A program made the translations under genes and the position numbers. From Marsupella aquatica (Eukaryota; Plantae; Marchantiophyta), in the NCBI GenBank assembly GCA_973895155.1, contig OZ316892.1, positions 25,877,233 through 25,941,232 on the forward strand: a DNA stretch of 64,000 bases. The letters are read 5' to 3'. Of the stretch, positions 50,458 through 63,057 are shown piece after piece (position 1 is the first letter of the stretch; every line of letters starts with the position of its first letter). The notes under the pieces were generated by a model. That model searched no databases. It was given only the letters and a program-made list of their open reading frames with translations, and was not told the DNA's origin.

Positions 50458-53400
50458 ATGGAACCCGAGCCAAGGCCGGAAGTAAGGACGCCAGGGGAGA
50501 GAACACGATTAGGGTTAGGGCACAATAAATGCCGGCGGCTAGGGGTCACCAACGGGAGAGAAACGCTGAGGAGGAGAGGGGTAAGGACCGCTCGCAAAGA
50601 GTTGTGGCTCATTTGCAGGCACGAACTGGGCAGACGACTACGGGCGGCCAACTACTATCAGCTGCTTAAGCAAGCACTCGGGGGGGGAGCAGATACTGAC
50701 TATCAACTCGATAAGGGTATGAGCAACGTCAATCAAGCGGCACATTTTTGGGGATGCCTGTTCGAACGGGCAACTGAGTACATTGGGACTTACGAGGACG
50801 AAGAATCGGAGAGAGCAGCTTGAGAACAGCAGGAACTTGCTTGATTGTGGGAGCTGCAAAAAGCTGCCTTCTTAGGAGGAGAACTCATCAAGGTCGAATT
50901 CTTGTGAACTCCTACTACCAATCAACTCGACGACCTTCTGTTTTGCGAAGATAGAGTCATCGGCATCCGCGAAGCCATCAAACGCTGCAACGACCTACAC
51001 TGGGAGTTGAAGGGTAGCACAGAGGGGTGGACAAAGGCAACCGTGCTCGAAGAGACATCCACGGCAGCCGAGATGAAGAGGAAGAGAATTAACAACGACG
51101 AGGCCACCCCGGAAAAAAGAATGAGGTCGGCGGCACTAAAGAAACCAGCCAAACAGCAGAGCAGGAGGCAGAGAGAAGCCGAGGAGGAGGAGGTCGACCC
51201 CATCAATGCCATTCCAACGAGAGATGACACCTGGAAAGGCTGGGCGGCGATCCTCCCCGAGGAGGTCCAATTACACTTTGCAAGAGAAGAGGATGCATGC
51301 TTTACGGCTATGCAGACTCGGAAATATCAGGGCTTCATGGCCGGATCCGACTTGGAAGCCTTCGTAAGGTTACCGTGGCTGAAGCCGGAGGTGCCGAATT
51401 CAGACTTACTTGAATTCGTGGGATCATGGGAGTCCAAGACCAATTCCACAAGGGGGTATGGGAAGGAATTCTATCTTACTCCCCAGGTGATTGCCGAAGT
51501 ATTTGGCTTGCCGATGGGCAATAAGACCAACGTAGATACCAGGAAGACCTTGCCAGACACGGAGTTCAGGTCGTTTCCAGGGCCTTCAACAAAGAATGGT
51601 TTTTTCCGTAACACTTGCACCAACCCGCATATAGGAGAGATGATCGATTTCTTGCGGGTGACCATGCATTGCAACTGGCCAAGAGCAGAGATCGGCAAGG
51701 CACAGGTCTATCTGGCAGAGAGGCCAGACCCAAGCCGGGACTACAACGGTTACCTCCTCACTCAACTAAAGAAGATCTTGAAGGAGGAACAGCTGGTGAT
51801 CGGCAAGGGAAGCGTGTTCCGGCTGGGCTATCACATGCCGCTATTGTGCCGGTATGCCCGAAGTAAGACCTTTGCCCCGGTACTTCCCCTACAGGCAAGG
51901 GCACTAGAGGAGGTTCCGGAACAGAGGCCGGCAACGGAGAAACCTAAACCGCCCGGCAGTCCTACAATCGAGCAGGTGTTTAGGCCAAGGACGGAGGACT
52001 TGCCGATGCAGCAACCAGGCATGCAGAATCTGTTGAAACTGCTGGAGAAAGAAAAGAGAACGGCTACGGCATCGGCAACAACCAAAACAACAGCAACAAT
52101 ACAGGACACTGCTCCAGAGGTAGGCCTAAACCGGCTTATAAGGGAAAACCCCTTTACTGGAGTCAAGGAGAGAAGGAGGCCGGAACACGAGCCGGGAGTC
52201 CGGATGTATGTAGGAGCCTCTAGTCCCGAAGCCGAAGAGAAGCAGGCCGTAGCTCCCGGCCCCGACAAGGAGAACAAGAGCTCAACACGGAAGCCGGAGG
52301 AGGAACCAAGACCGGCAAGAGGTGAAGCCGTGTTCACAACAAAATCAGGAGAACAGCGGAAGAAGCTGGTAGTCCAAGCCAAGGAGGAGGCGGTGGAGGA
52401 CTACAGCAATGATAACTCTGGCTACGGGTCGGATCATCATGTTCCAGGAGTAAGGACATGTGGCCGGTTTATCCCCACACTCCCAAGAGTAGTCCGAGGG
52501 GACCCGAGCCAGCAGAGCAGCCCCGAGTCTCCCCCGCCAGATGTCGCTCCCCCAAGCTTTGACGGCATAAAACAGACGGCGCAGGAATTTCAGGAGCGAA
52601 TGAGGGAGGAAGAGGAGGCAGCCCTGGCTAGGGAGAAGGATTTACCAGGAGGAGAATGGCTAGAGAACATCAGGCGGCTTGCAGAAAAACGAAGCAGCCT
52701 CCGGCCACGATAGAGGAGATCCGCAAGGCGGCTTGGGAACAAAGGCCGCGGTGGATGATGCCGATGACTTCTACTTCCTCCACCTATGCTAAAAATAGAG
52801 CCATGGAGTACGGGGAGATGTGTGGAGAACTAGCGCTCAGCATCTTTGGGGAGGAGTTGGAGCAGGGACCCTTTTTCCAAAGGGAGATGTTGGAGAAGCG
52901 CCATTTAGAAGAAGCGGTGGCCTTGGAAAGAAGCAAGAAGGACGAGGTCATCCGTCGGCTTAGGGAAAGGGAAGTCGAAATCAAGGACCTAAGGGCGGCC
53001 AAGAAAGCCCAAGATGAGCTGCGGATTAAGCGGCATGAGCTAAATATCATGCAGGGCCAGTTGGATACCGCACAGTATGATAATCGGATGATCGGGAATC
53101 TACTGACGCGGACCCAAGGAGAGTTGGCCGATGCGATCAAGGAGCGGGAGAAGTGGAAGCAAGAGCTAAGGAATGCAGAGGAGGCCCACATAACAGCCAA
53201 CAACCGGGCCATGGCGGAGACCCAGAGAAGGGAAAGGGCGTTGAAGGGGGAGCTCGAGGTTATCCGCGGAGCCCTTAAGCAGAAGGAGGCTGAGTTAGGG
53301 AAATCCTATCAAGGGATTATTGCACTGCAGCAGGAACTTGCGTCCCTGACGGCCAGCTTCAAGGCCGACCTACGGGAGAAGGATGACCAGCTCGACCAGA

Positions 53401-54026
53401 CTTATGCCAAGATGAATAAAATGGAGTCTGAGGTCATAACGGAGCTCGACAAAGAGCTAAGAGCAACCCAGGAGGAGAGGGCTACCTTGAAGAAGGAATT
53501 GGAGGAAGCCCACAGGGAGCTGGAGGAAGCCCAGAAAGAACTGGAGGAGGCGCGCAAGGACCTGGACGAAGTGCAGGAGGAGTTGGAGGAAAGCACGTGG
53601 AAGCTGGAGAACTTACAACGGCGAGCCGACAACCAAACGGAGCGGCTGAAGAAACAAGCCACAGTAATTAAAGGCTTGGCTCCATCAGGCCCAACTCCAA
53701 TTGGGGCAACCAAGTTACCAGGAGTGGTACTGGCCGAAGAACAAGCCGCGCCACTTGCACCAGTGCCGGAAGTAAGTGGGAAGGGGAAGGGACCAGCTGC
53801 CGAACCAGAAAAGAAGAAGAAGCGGAAACCTTCAGGGTCAAGGAGTAATACGGCTCCACAGGCCGTGGTGACCCAGGAGGCAGACCCAGCACCGACCCCA
53901 GGCAGGGTCACGACAGAGGATCCAACTACCCTAGAAGTAGGGGATGACGAAGTCAAGGCTCAGGCCGAAGCCGTGGCTGATGCCAAAGCCGGTGCCGAGG
54001 CCGAAGCCGAAGGTGGGCCCAGTTAG
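50458..54026 (+). pseudogene. Decayed ~1,190-codon TE-type ORF (plant transposon-protein-like segment plus long coiled coil)
   Basis: ORFs 50452-50823 and 51007-52713 share one frame interrupted only by TGA at 50821, 50842 and 50905. A 1-nt loss in the A-run at ~52686-52690 links to 52656-54026. Segment LLEFVGSW..GKEFYLTPQVIAEVFGLPMG resembles retrotransposon accessory ORFs, and there is a heptad E/K/L coiled coil. No introns. Confidence 0.55.
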
Positions 54027-55897
54027 GCCAATGGAGAGTTGACTAAGTCCAGGGCAGGTAATCTGTCAGAGAACGAACCTACGGCAGTGGCTGAGGAGGA
54101 AGCGTTGGGGGCGTCCACTGAGGAACAGACACCGCTGCCATGACGGTGGTGGAGGGCCGCTCCTTTCAAGGAGGGCAGACGTGGAGGGAGGAGGCGTGAG
54201 TGGGCAGGGCGGGCTCGGATCTCTAAGTTTAGGATTAAGATCAGGACCAGGAGGCGGCCCTGACACTTGGCTTAGTGGGATTGCGGTTCCACTGGTAAGA
54301 GCAACACTTGTACTCCTGCCTCGTTGTAGTTAGGTAGATTCAGTTAGGTAGATTTGGCTTACGCTGCAAGGAATTAGGCGGATCTGCGTCCAAGATAAGT
54401 ACCTGGGCAGCGGGGAGCTCAGGGCCTCTTCTTTAGCAAGTTTTTAGTTGCACCAGCCGGGCTGGGATCAAGTAGTAAGAGAAGCTCTCGGTTAGTCATA
54501 CAGTGACCCTTGTGTATATTCATGTTTCCTCATGCCTAAGAGCTGAATAGAGTTGGCCTCACAGCTTAGTTCGCAGAGCTTGTGTATGAGATGTACCGTT
54601 TGTATGGCAAGTGCATGGTATGACTCAGTCAGAAGGAGTCATTTTGCTAATTGTGTGTCGCATTAACTTGTGTGAAGAGTGCCCACATCAACTAATAGAT
54701 GAAGGAAAGTAAGCAAAGGAGTGAGAGTTGGATGTGTCGAGCTGAGAGGGGTCTTAGCGGCTTAACCAAGCCTATTGGGGATCATTCCGGCGGCGGAATC
54801 CAAATATACCCAACCAGAAGGAGAGGAAGAGAATGGAAGGCCCAGATTAGGCCGGCTACATATCTCATGACCCGATGAAGGATCTATCCAGTATATGTGT
54901 GTAAAATGTTAATAGTAGTAGTAGAAGGAGGTTAGCAGCGTCCCATGCCGCTAAGCCGCGAAAACAGCCTCGTCGAGGACGAAACCCACGGGAATCGGCT
55001 TGTGCGGGGGGGTTTCTTGGGTTTGGGGAGCCATGGGGCGCACCACACCTACCTAAAGGTGACTGCTGCTTTTTTTACTCTCCTCCCTATTTGGGGCTCC
55101 TACCTTCTATTTGGAATTCTAGTCCATGCAACTTTTGTATCTCTTCCCCTACCCACAACTCATGACTTCTTTGTTGACTATCCTGTTTGCACAAATCTTT
55201 AGACTCTATTATCTTTCACATTGATAACATATGTACAATGACCATACTTTGTAGAATGCACCAGAATGAACTACTCTACTAACCTGTACCCCTAAACCGA
55301 TCCAAATTGTAATTTGTCACCTAATTAAACTATTTTAGTTGCCAGCTTGACCCCCATTTCATGTATGGGGTTAACTAAACTGTAGTCAAACCCAAAGTCC
55401 CCAATGAATGGTCTGATAGGGGTTAAACCCTAAACCCACTAAATCACAGTATTCATTAAAACTGGAAATTTAAAAGTCCAGATTGTGATCCTCAAATTTA
55501 CATTCTTGTCTCTAAAAAGTCCATTAATTTTGCTCCAAATCAACAATTTTTCAAGACTAAATATACACTCTTTTTGGTTTAAAATTACACTTTTGCACTC
55601 CAAATTTGATTTTAATCAATTAATCATAATACAGAAATTATTAATATTAATTGTATTTGAAATTAAATAGATAAGTGACAAACATGTATCATTTGGTCAA
55701 AAACTCATGATTAAATTCAAAGTGAGATTAATCATCTCATTTATCATAACATATATTCAAGGTTGGCTAGCCATAATGTCGATCCTACTCCAATGGTCAA
55801 GCTAGTGTAAAGTCCAAAGTAGTTCTATGACCTATGAAATAGAAAAATGATTGCATGACTCCAATCTTGTGTCCTACAATGTACAGAAACATAATGA

Positions 55898-56970
55898 TTA
55901 ATCATCTAAAATTTCAAATTCTATGCCTCCATGAATATGTCTACATGACTGATTTGAACAAGTGAGTCGCTCTCCATTTGGGTCATATAGTCTGTCACGA
56001 GTACAAGTGTCTTTGGGATAACGGTTTTTAAACTTAGAGGTGAGATCCCTAGTCTTTAGAACTTCCCAGACAAATCGGCGAGGATTTTCTCTGAAGGGAC
56101 CTGCATAAGACTCGCCCAAACAGTTGTTGACCACATCTTTCATATCATCTTTGGTCAGGTTCTCAAATGTAGGGTAGGATTGTACCATATCCCTCACTTC
56201 CCAACATATCTCATCTCCAGTGACATCCAAGATGGTATACTCAATCTTGGAACGCCAAATCTTACTTCCCCACTTATGGGAAAGTAAATCATAGATTGCA
56301 GCATTACTTTCACGGTCATCATTTATATTAACAAATGACCAAAGTGGATTGTTGACAGATATATATTGTCGGATGTCATAAGCCTTCCACAATTTTCTAA
56401 GGAATGGCCAAAGTATCTCTGGTAGAAAAGTGTCACTCTCGGCAATGTGTGAGAAGGGAGTTGGGAACAAACCACTATACTGTGGATTTGCAAAAGCCTT
56501 CACTGGAGAGTCATCAATAAGTAGAGTGTTTGTATCATCATACTTGTCTCCAAAACGACTCCACACCACACGCAAATCCTTCAACATAATATTTGCTTTC
56601 CCATCTGCTACGTCCGGTCTTTTTATGCCAGAATCAAAAGCATCTTCTTGTGTGAAAACAAATTTAAATTGCCTCTGCTCCTCTTCTTTGAAAATCAAAT
56701 TCATCATTTCATTAGTTCTTGGCCTCCCCGCACAAGTCCACAATGCGACATCAAAACCTTTGAAAGCCACCTCCAAAAATTGGTGCAACCCTGGCCTTTC
56801 CACGTACATGAAATTGAATCCACCCCGTCTCCCCCAATGCACACCCTGCACAGTTGTTGTAGATCTTAACGGTCCCGAGCTTTTTGTTTTGACGCAATCC
56901 CAACAAATTTTGTTCAGGTCCAAAATCAAGAGTTTTCTTCTTATATCAGAGTGCAATTTAGGAGTGAAAT
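55898..56970 (-). CDS. FCP1/NIF-like HAD phosphatase domain exon with possible terminal CCCH finger
   Basis: KLLILDLN, ERPGLHQFLEVAFKGFDVALWT, KFVFTQED and LKDLRVVWSRFGDKYDDTNTLLIDDSPVKAFANP are NIF-family motifs. The C-terminus has C-x14-C-x4-C-x3-H. Confidence 0.85.
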
Positions 56971-59900
56971 CTGCAAAGATCCAAATGAATCAAAATTATA
57001 TCTAAAAGATATAAAAGAAGAACTTAGGGTCAAACCTGGATCGACCCGACCTAATGGGGAAAACAAACATATCATTTTTGAATGTCAAAGCATTTTGATA
57101 TATCAATGTAGAAGTACCTTGCTCAAATGCTTTGTCTTGGACCAGGGTACCGCTTGCTGAAGGTAGACCAATAATATCCTTCGATGGAAGAGATGCTATG
57201 ACAAAACTTTGGTCTGTCCATATATGATTTCCAAACATAATATTTTAGATTATTGTGAAAAATAGAATAACGAAACCATAATATTAACCTCCACTACTAA
57301 ATGACCCATATTCATCTATCATTTTATCACCTAGATCACTTTGGATATCAGAATTGACGCCAACAGGAAGCTGCTCCACCAACGTTGGCGGCGCAAACAC
57401 TGGACTCAATCTCAATTTGTCTATTATGTAATCAGGTTTGACCATTAACTTAGGCGCATCCTCCAACGTTTCTTTCAATCCAACTTTAGGTCCATTTCTC
57501 CAAATGAAATGAGTTGCATGACGGACTGTCTTCATATATCCTGTTCTACCTATCTCAGATCCAGACTTTTGAGACAAGCGTAATATTATGGGGCTTCCGC
57601 TTGACATCCTTGTGAAGACCAATTTATTCCCTGACGAACAAAATTGAGGAGACTCGGAACAAGTTGAAGCACCTGCCTCTTCAGCTTCAACATTTGTTGT
57701 CTCTCCAAGTGGAAGGTTGTCTTCAATAGCTTCTGCAATACCAACTTGTAGGTCCGTGGTGGGTGTAGTGGCCCCAATATTCTGCCAACCTGCATCCAAT
57801 GTGCACGATACCTGCGGTCTCTCGGGATGCAATTTTGATACTTCAGGGTTGAGAGGATTTGAGGGAGGGTCGCTCTCAAGGCGACCCGACATCACTATGT
57901 CGAGTTGAGGTAGCCCTTCAACACCGTAGGTAGTAATGCCAACCATTTTTGTTGCTCGAGCGTCCCAATTTCCGCCAAAATCCTCCTCTACCATAGGACT
58001 TGAACCTCCATCATCATGCTGCAACTCACCATCCTCAAGGTCAACTCGCTGAGGGCCCGGTTGGGGGTTGTCCATAGGCCCGCAAAGAACACTTAGATGA
58101 GCTCTCCTAGGACCATGTACTCCCATCCGCTCTTTCATAAGGGAGGGAATCCTGTTGCACAAAACCCTTGCATATGCTTGGGTGAAATGGTGTTCTTGCA
58201 AAGTGTCTGAATAGACAAAACAATCTCGGTATGCCAACAAGGCCACCTTCAAAACCTGCCCTCATGAAAAAAAATCGAGGACAGTCTCCCCCTCACCGGA
58301 AAAACATTCAATAATATTTTTGAGCATGTGTCGGGGCTTGGCATGCGGATTGACAAATCCTCCTCAACTTCCGACCATCTCAAACATTGGAGCTTGCCGC
58401 AATAAATCTGCCATATCAAATGCGGGAGACTGCTCCTCTGTCTCATTCTCTTTTCCCTTGCTTTTCTCTTGCTTGTCAGCCTTCACTTCAATATTGAAAT
58501 CACAGTCAACATCGGGGTGAAAACTAAATTTTGAATTGAACTTTGGCTTAAACAATTGATTCCAATCAAAATTGTCTTCACCTGTAATTCCAACAAAAAT
58601 GACCTGCTCAATCGCTCCTGTAAAAATTAAGCCCTGCGGATTTGGGCGATCTTCCCGATCATAACTCCCGTATTCAACATGGATGGCCAAATGCTTTTCA
58701 TGTCCTAATTTCCTTAGGGCACTTAAGATGTTGGCTGGAAGTGGCCCTGGATGAGTAGTCATGACAACTACAATGGTTGTATTCCTTGGCAACTCCACAA
58801 TATATTGGAGCAATACAAAAATTTCTGAATCTGTCCATTCATGTTGTCGTGCCCTACTAAAATCAACAATTGCAAGTGGACACATTGGCGTCGCCTCTTC
58901 CAATAACTCTGGCGTGGTTGTCTTCATTAGATTCTCACTGAAGAACGTCAAGAAAGGCTCTGTTCGTGTGCGCCCAACTCCACCAAATTGTTTGCAGTAC
59001 AACCCGTCTAATCTCACCATTAGACTTTGAGGGAAAGCCTCCTTCACAATGTTCTTCCTTAATAAACTGCTAAGGTAGACCTCCCCAGCTGCTCTTCGCA
59101 ATTTTGTCAGCTCAAGTTGAGATCCCAAGGCTGGCATGATGTTGACCACCGAAGCCCATGATGTCCCCCCGGGAAACTTCTCCTTGTGCTTCTCAACAAA
59201 GTACTCAACAATGACTTGCTTCAATTTAGTCATTACCTTGATGGTATGAGCCATATCTGGCATTGACACCAGATCCATCTTGTTGGAGGCATCTTTCTTG
59301 AGAAGTGCTTTCTTCTCATAAACCGCGGTCAATATATCAATGATATCCTTAGAACTGATCTCCCCTTCAAAACATCTAAAAAGAGTTGGCGTGACCAGCT
59401 TTAGTGGCCGCGGCCCACCATACTCTCCTGCCCCGCCAGGGAGCTTCCCTGCCAACCAATCCCAACAAACAGTTTGCCATAAATGGAAAAGCTTATCCTC
59501 AGCAAAGAGCAACCAAAAAATGGCTTTCAAGCTCGACTTTCCCATTGTTATCTTTGCGAGGGCAAACCAATCCTGCATTTACATTCATCCACCAAAAAAC
59601 ATGTTAGATGTTTAAACTTAGAAACTTCAACTTCTCTGCCTCGCCCCTAGAGCGAGGCGAAGAAAATGACAAAGCCATATGAAAATGGTTGGGGCAATCA
59701 TTGTATTCATCATTCAATTTCATTTGGGTCGCTCTAAGAGCGAGGCAAAATTAAACTATAGTTCCAACTAATGAAAATGTTTACCTGGTATTTTTGGTTG
59801 TCTGTACTTTGGTTTGTTCCAATTCTTGGACACGGTGGTTTCCCACATTCATCAAATTGCCTTCTCGCATGAACAACTGTCTCTAGAAAACAAGACTTAA

Positions 59901-61408
59901 ACTGCATGGTCTGATTTACTGCATTTGAAAGGCTCGAGTGCTCGACCAAAATTGCCCTTGGAGTGAGGTCTGATAAGATCCTCGCTTTCCGATATTGGAG
60001 TTTGCTAGCAAGACCAGTTAGCTTGGCATCCTTGTCTGCCCACCCTTGAATCCATTGTGCAGCCTTTGCGGAATGTTGCCCACTGATTGCAAGAAATTGT
60101 ATCTCTTGCTTCTTAACACCAAACAAAAATTGCTTCCGATCGCGTGCGGTATTGTCAAAATGTAACAACTGCTTAGTGCGCTCTAGAAATGGAATCAAAT
60201 CTGCAACATGTGGTTCCTGGCCAGGGTTTTTCATCATTGATTTTGCTATCTCTAAGGCATGAGCCTGGTTGAACATCCGATACACAAAAACTGCAGTAGG
60301 CGGAAGAATACTTTTAACCGGGATTTCAAAAACCTCCCTGATTCCAAAAGTGTAGTATTGCTCGATGTTCCGCAAAGCTTTCTGCCCCTCCAATATATCT
60401 CGTTCCTCTGGTGCATCTGTTGGGCATGTATCATCCTCCGGATCCAAGACCAACCTTGCTTTTGACGCTGACACGGGCTTTGATTTTCCAATCTTGGCCT
60501 TCTTCTTGGGCTTCTTGTCGGAGTCCTTATCTTTCTTCTTCAACGCCGCCTTTTTTCCTCTAGTACTTCCTTCACTCCTTGGCTCTCTTTGTTTTCTCTT
60601 CTTCTGTGTTTAAGCCGACGTCATTTCTTTGGCCTTCATCTTCATCTTCCCCTTACCTCGATGCTTTTCTTCCTTCTTCTTTTGAGTTGAAATCCACTTC
60701 ATGCAAGCATCTTTGTCAAACTCATCAGAGAAAATAAAACTCTTATCAATTGCTTGCTCATATGAAAAGCGTGTTGTTTCAATCATCCTCTGGACAACCC
60801 ATGTGTTAGGAAGATCTATAAGGTTCGGATGATCATGCATGTACCACTTCACAGAGAGGAATCCAAAGACAACATCAACCCCACTCAATTTGAATCTTCC
60901 ATGCCTCTCAAGAACATCCTCTGCAGTGAACCCATCTGGAAGAAATCCCATTGAACAAATACTAGCCTCCGAGCGTGCTATCCACTCCACGTTGATAATT
61001 GACGAGTACATCTTGATTGGCAAGTAAAGTCTCATCCACTGAGATCTTTCTCTGGATTCAATAATGATTGTAACATTGCGGTTATCACTGCAATTTACAA
61101 GGACCACAGGGCCCAACGCAACTATCTTCTTGTCGTTCATTGTCTCAGCAGTGATTGCCTTGATACAAATCATCGACAAGTCATTCTCCATGATCCCTAC
61201 TTCAAGTGCCCACGAAAATCCTGCCTTATCTTGTCCAGGGAAGATAAAGTCCTTGACATCCTCGGCCATAATATTTAACTCTGGGGATCCAAGTTGTTCT
61301 CCTGGAAAAACAAATTGAAACAACAAACATTAAAGCAAGAGATCTTCTTTGTTGCCTCGCCCCTAGAGCGAGCTGGAGACAAGGTCTGCATCAACAAACA
61401 TGTGGGTT

Positions 61409-61759
61409 GGGTCGCTCCTGGAGCGACCCTAGGAAAACTTAAATCAAGGTCCAACCAACAACAAATTTGGGTCACTCCTGGAGCAACCCTAGGAAAACTT
61501 AAATCAAGGTCCAACCGACAACAAAGTTGGGTCGCTCCTGGAGCGACCCTTGGAAAACTTAAATCAAGGTCCAACCAACAACAAATTTGGGTCGCTCCTG
61601 GAGCGACCCTAGGAAAACTTAAATCAAGGTCCAACCAACAACAAAGTTGGGTCGCTCCTGGAGCGACCCTAGGAAAACTTAAATCAACATCCAACCAACA
61701 ACAAAGTTGGGTTGCTCCTGGAGCGACCCTAGGAAAACTTAAATCAACGTCCAACCAAT
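61409..61759. repeat. Tandem array of six 60-bp units, each with a 21-bp hairpin palindrome
   Basis: gggtcgctcctggagcgaccctaggaaaacttaaatcaaggtccaaccaacaacaaa(t/g)tt starts at 61409, 61469, 61529, 61589, 61649 and 61709. Confidence 0.95.
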
Positions 61760-63057
61760 AACAACGACAAATCTTAGGCAAGATAGGGTCGCTCTAAGAG
61801 CGACCCTTCAAAGACTAACTTGCATCAATTGTTGAATCATACTTACATGGAACTGTGATATGAAATCCCCTTGAGGCGGCCAAAGTGGATTCCACCGACA
61901 TCTTTAGTAAAGTGTCTTGAGAATCATACTCAAAGATTTTACTAGAATCAAAGTTCAGGGACTGCCCATAACTAGAAGTGCTAGTAGAATCATCAGAACT
62001 AGAGGAAGTGGCCATTGAAAAATGCCTCACAAACGTTTAGATGACACGTGGCAGCCTAGTATACAAGAACGCCTAGAGCTAGACCACACCACGGAGCGAG
62101 GCTACAGAGCAAGGAAAAAAATCTACTATGAGCAAGGCAAAATCAACAGAGCGAGGCAAGAAAATCTACTATGAGCGAGGCAAGAGGGAGGAGGGAAACC
62201 AGGGCAACTGGGCAAGAAGACAATGAAGGAGGAGATGGATGCAAGAAGACAATGAGGCAAATGAGGTAATGTCTTTGCCTTTTGCCTTCCTATACCCTCA
62301 CTGCCACGGCCGATCCTACGCCATGGCCAATCGTACGCGACCTTACGCAACCCAGCCACTTGCTCCCTTCCACGCGCCTGTGAACTCGCAACCCTCATAA
62401 TGACCTAGCTGTACGGGTATCCATAGATTTTGAAAAATGATGCACGGTCGTACGGGTGTCCACAGAATGCCGATCAGAGTAATCAGACTTTCGGCCTCTC
62501 GATGTTGTGAACCCCTTCAGGACAAACTTGGCTAAAGCTTGCTCACAAATGGTATAAAGTTCTACAGTTCCAATCATTTCTCTCTTTTGTATGGCGTGTG
62601 CGTTTCTGGTCATTGCTCACTCTCGGTCTCGCCCTTCGGCCCTTATCTATCTTGCTTCTGTTCGGTGACTGATTCGACTGACTTGGACATTTATGGTTAC
62701 AAGAGTTCGTGCAAGGAAAGTCCTGTTTCAAGTATATTGCATTAGTTTTGGTGTCCTTGGTTGGCGACACGTCTTCTATAGTCCTTAAGAGAGGTATTAC
62801 TTCATCTACCATTCTCTTAATTTCTTCTCTATGATATCCACCAAATATTTGGCCCTAGCTTTATCTTAATATATGGACCTAACTAAGCCCTAGATAATGT
62901 AGGGTTCCTAACGACACACTCGTCTACCCACACGTCTACACACTTCAATGGTCTAATTCAGCTTAATCATTCCCCTGATTTATTCATTTCCATATTTTCT
63001 CTTTTCCTTCACAATTCTTGCTTCTCCAGGATTGTGCTCGTCTTTTCTTGCTCTCCC

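Larger units (their letters stand above)
55898..62015 (-). pseudogene. Multi-exon fusion gene: ParB/Srx-like domain + N4/N6 (beta-class) DNA methyltransferase fold + FCP1-like HAD phosphatase; contains in-frame stops
   Basis: Predicted exons (62015-61847 tentative), 61301-59785, 59572-~57288, 57213-57118 and 56970-55898 join through phase-compatible GT-AG introns. In-frame stops TAA 60612-60610, TGA 58366-58364 and TGA 58264-58262 split the ORF track without frameshifts. Confidence 0.7.

Noticed and set aside
50821-50907. Clustered TGA codons as programmed readthrough, selenocysteine or U-to-C editing
   Set aside because: CGA>TGA deamination in methylated TE DNA explains them more simply; such editing is organellar and no SECIS was evident
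49410-55125. Weak inverted similarity between ~49415-49485 and ~55045-55110 flanking the long ORF
   Set aside because: Short and gapped; cannot be distinguished from chance by eye, and no TSD was found
61409-61759. CRISPR-like appearance (palindromic repeats at regular spacing)
   Set aside because: The intervening ~39-bp segments are near-identical rather than unique spacers, there are no cas genes, and the context is eukaryotic. It is a tandem repeat.
61275-61781. Repetitive ORFs on both strands (also 63018-63530)
   Set aside because: Produced by 60-bp and 27-bp tandem units that are multiples of three; no independent sign of coding
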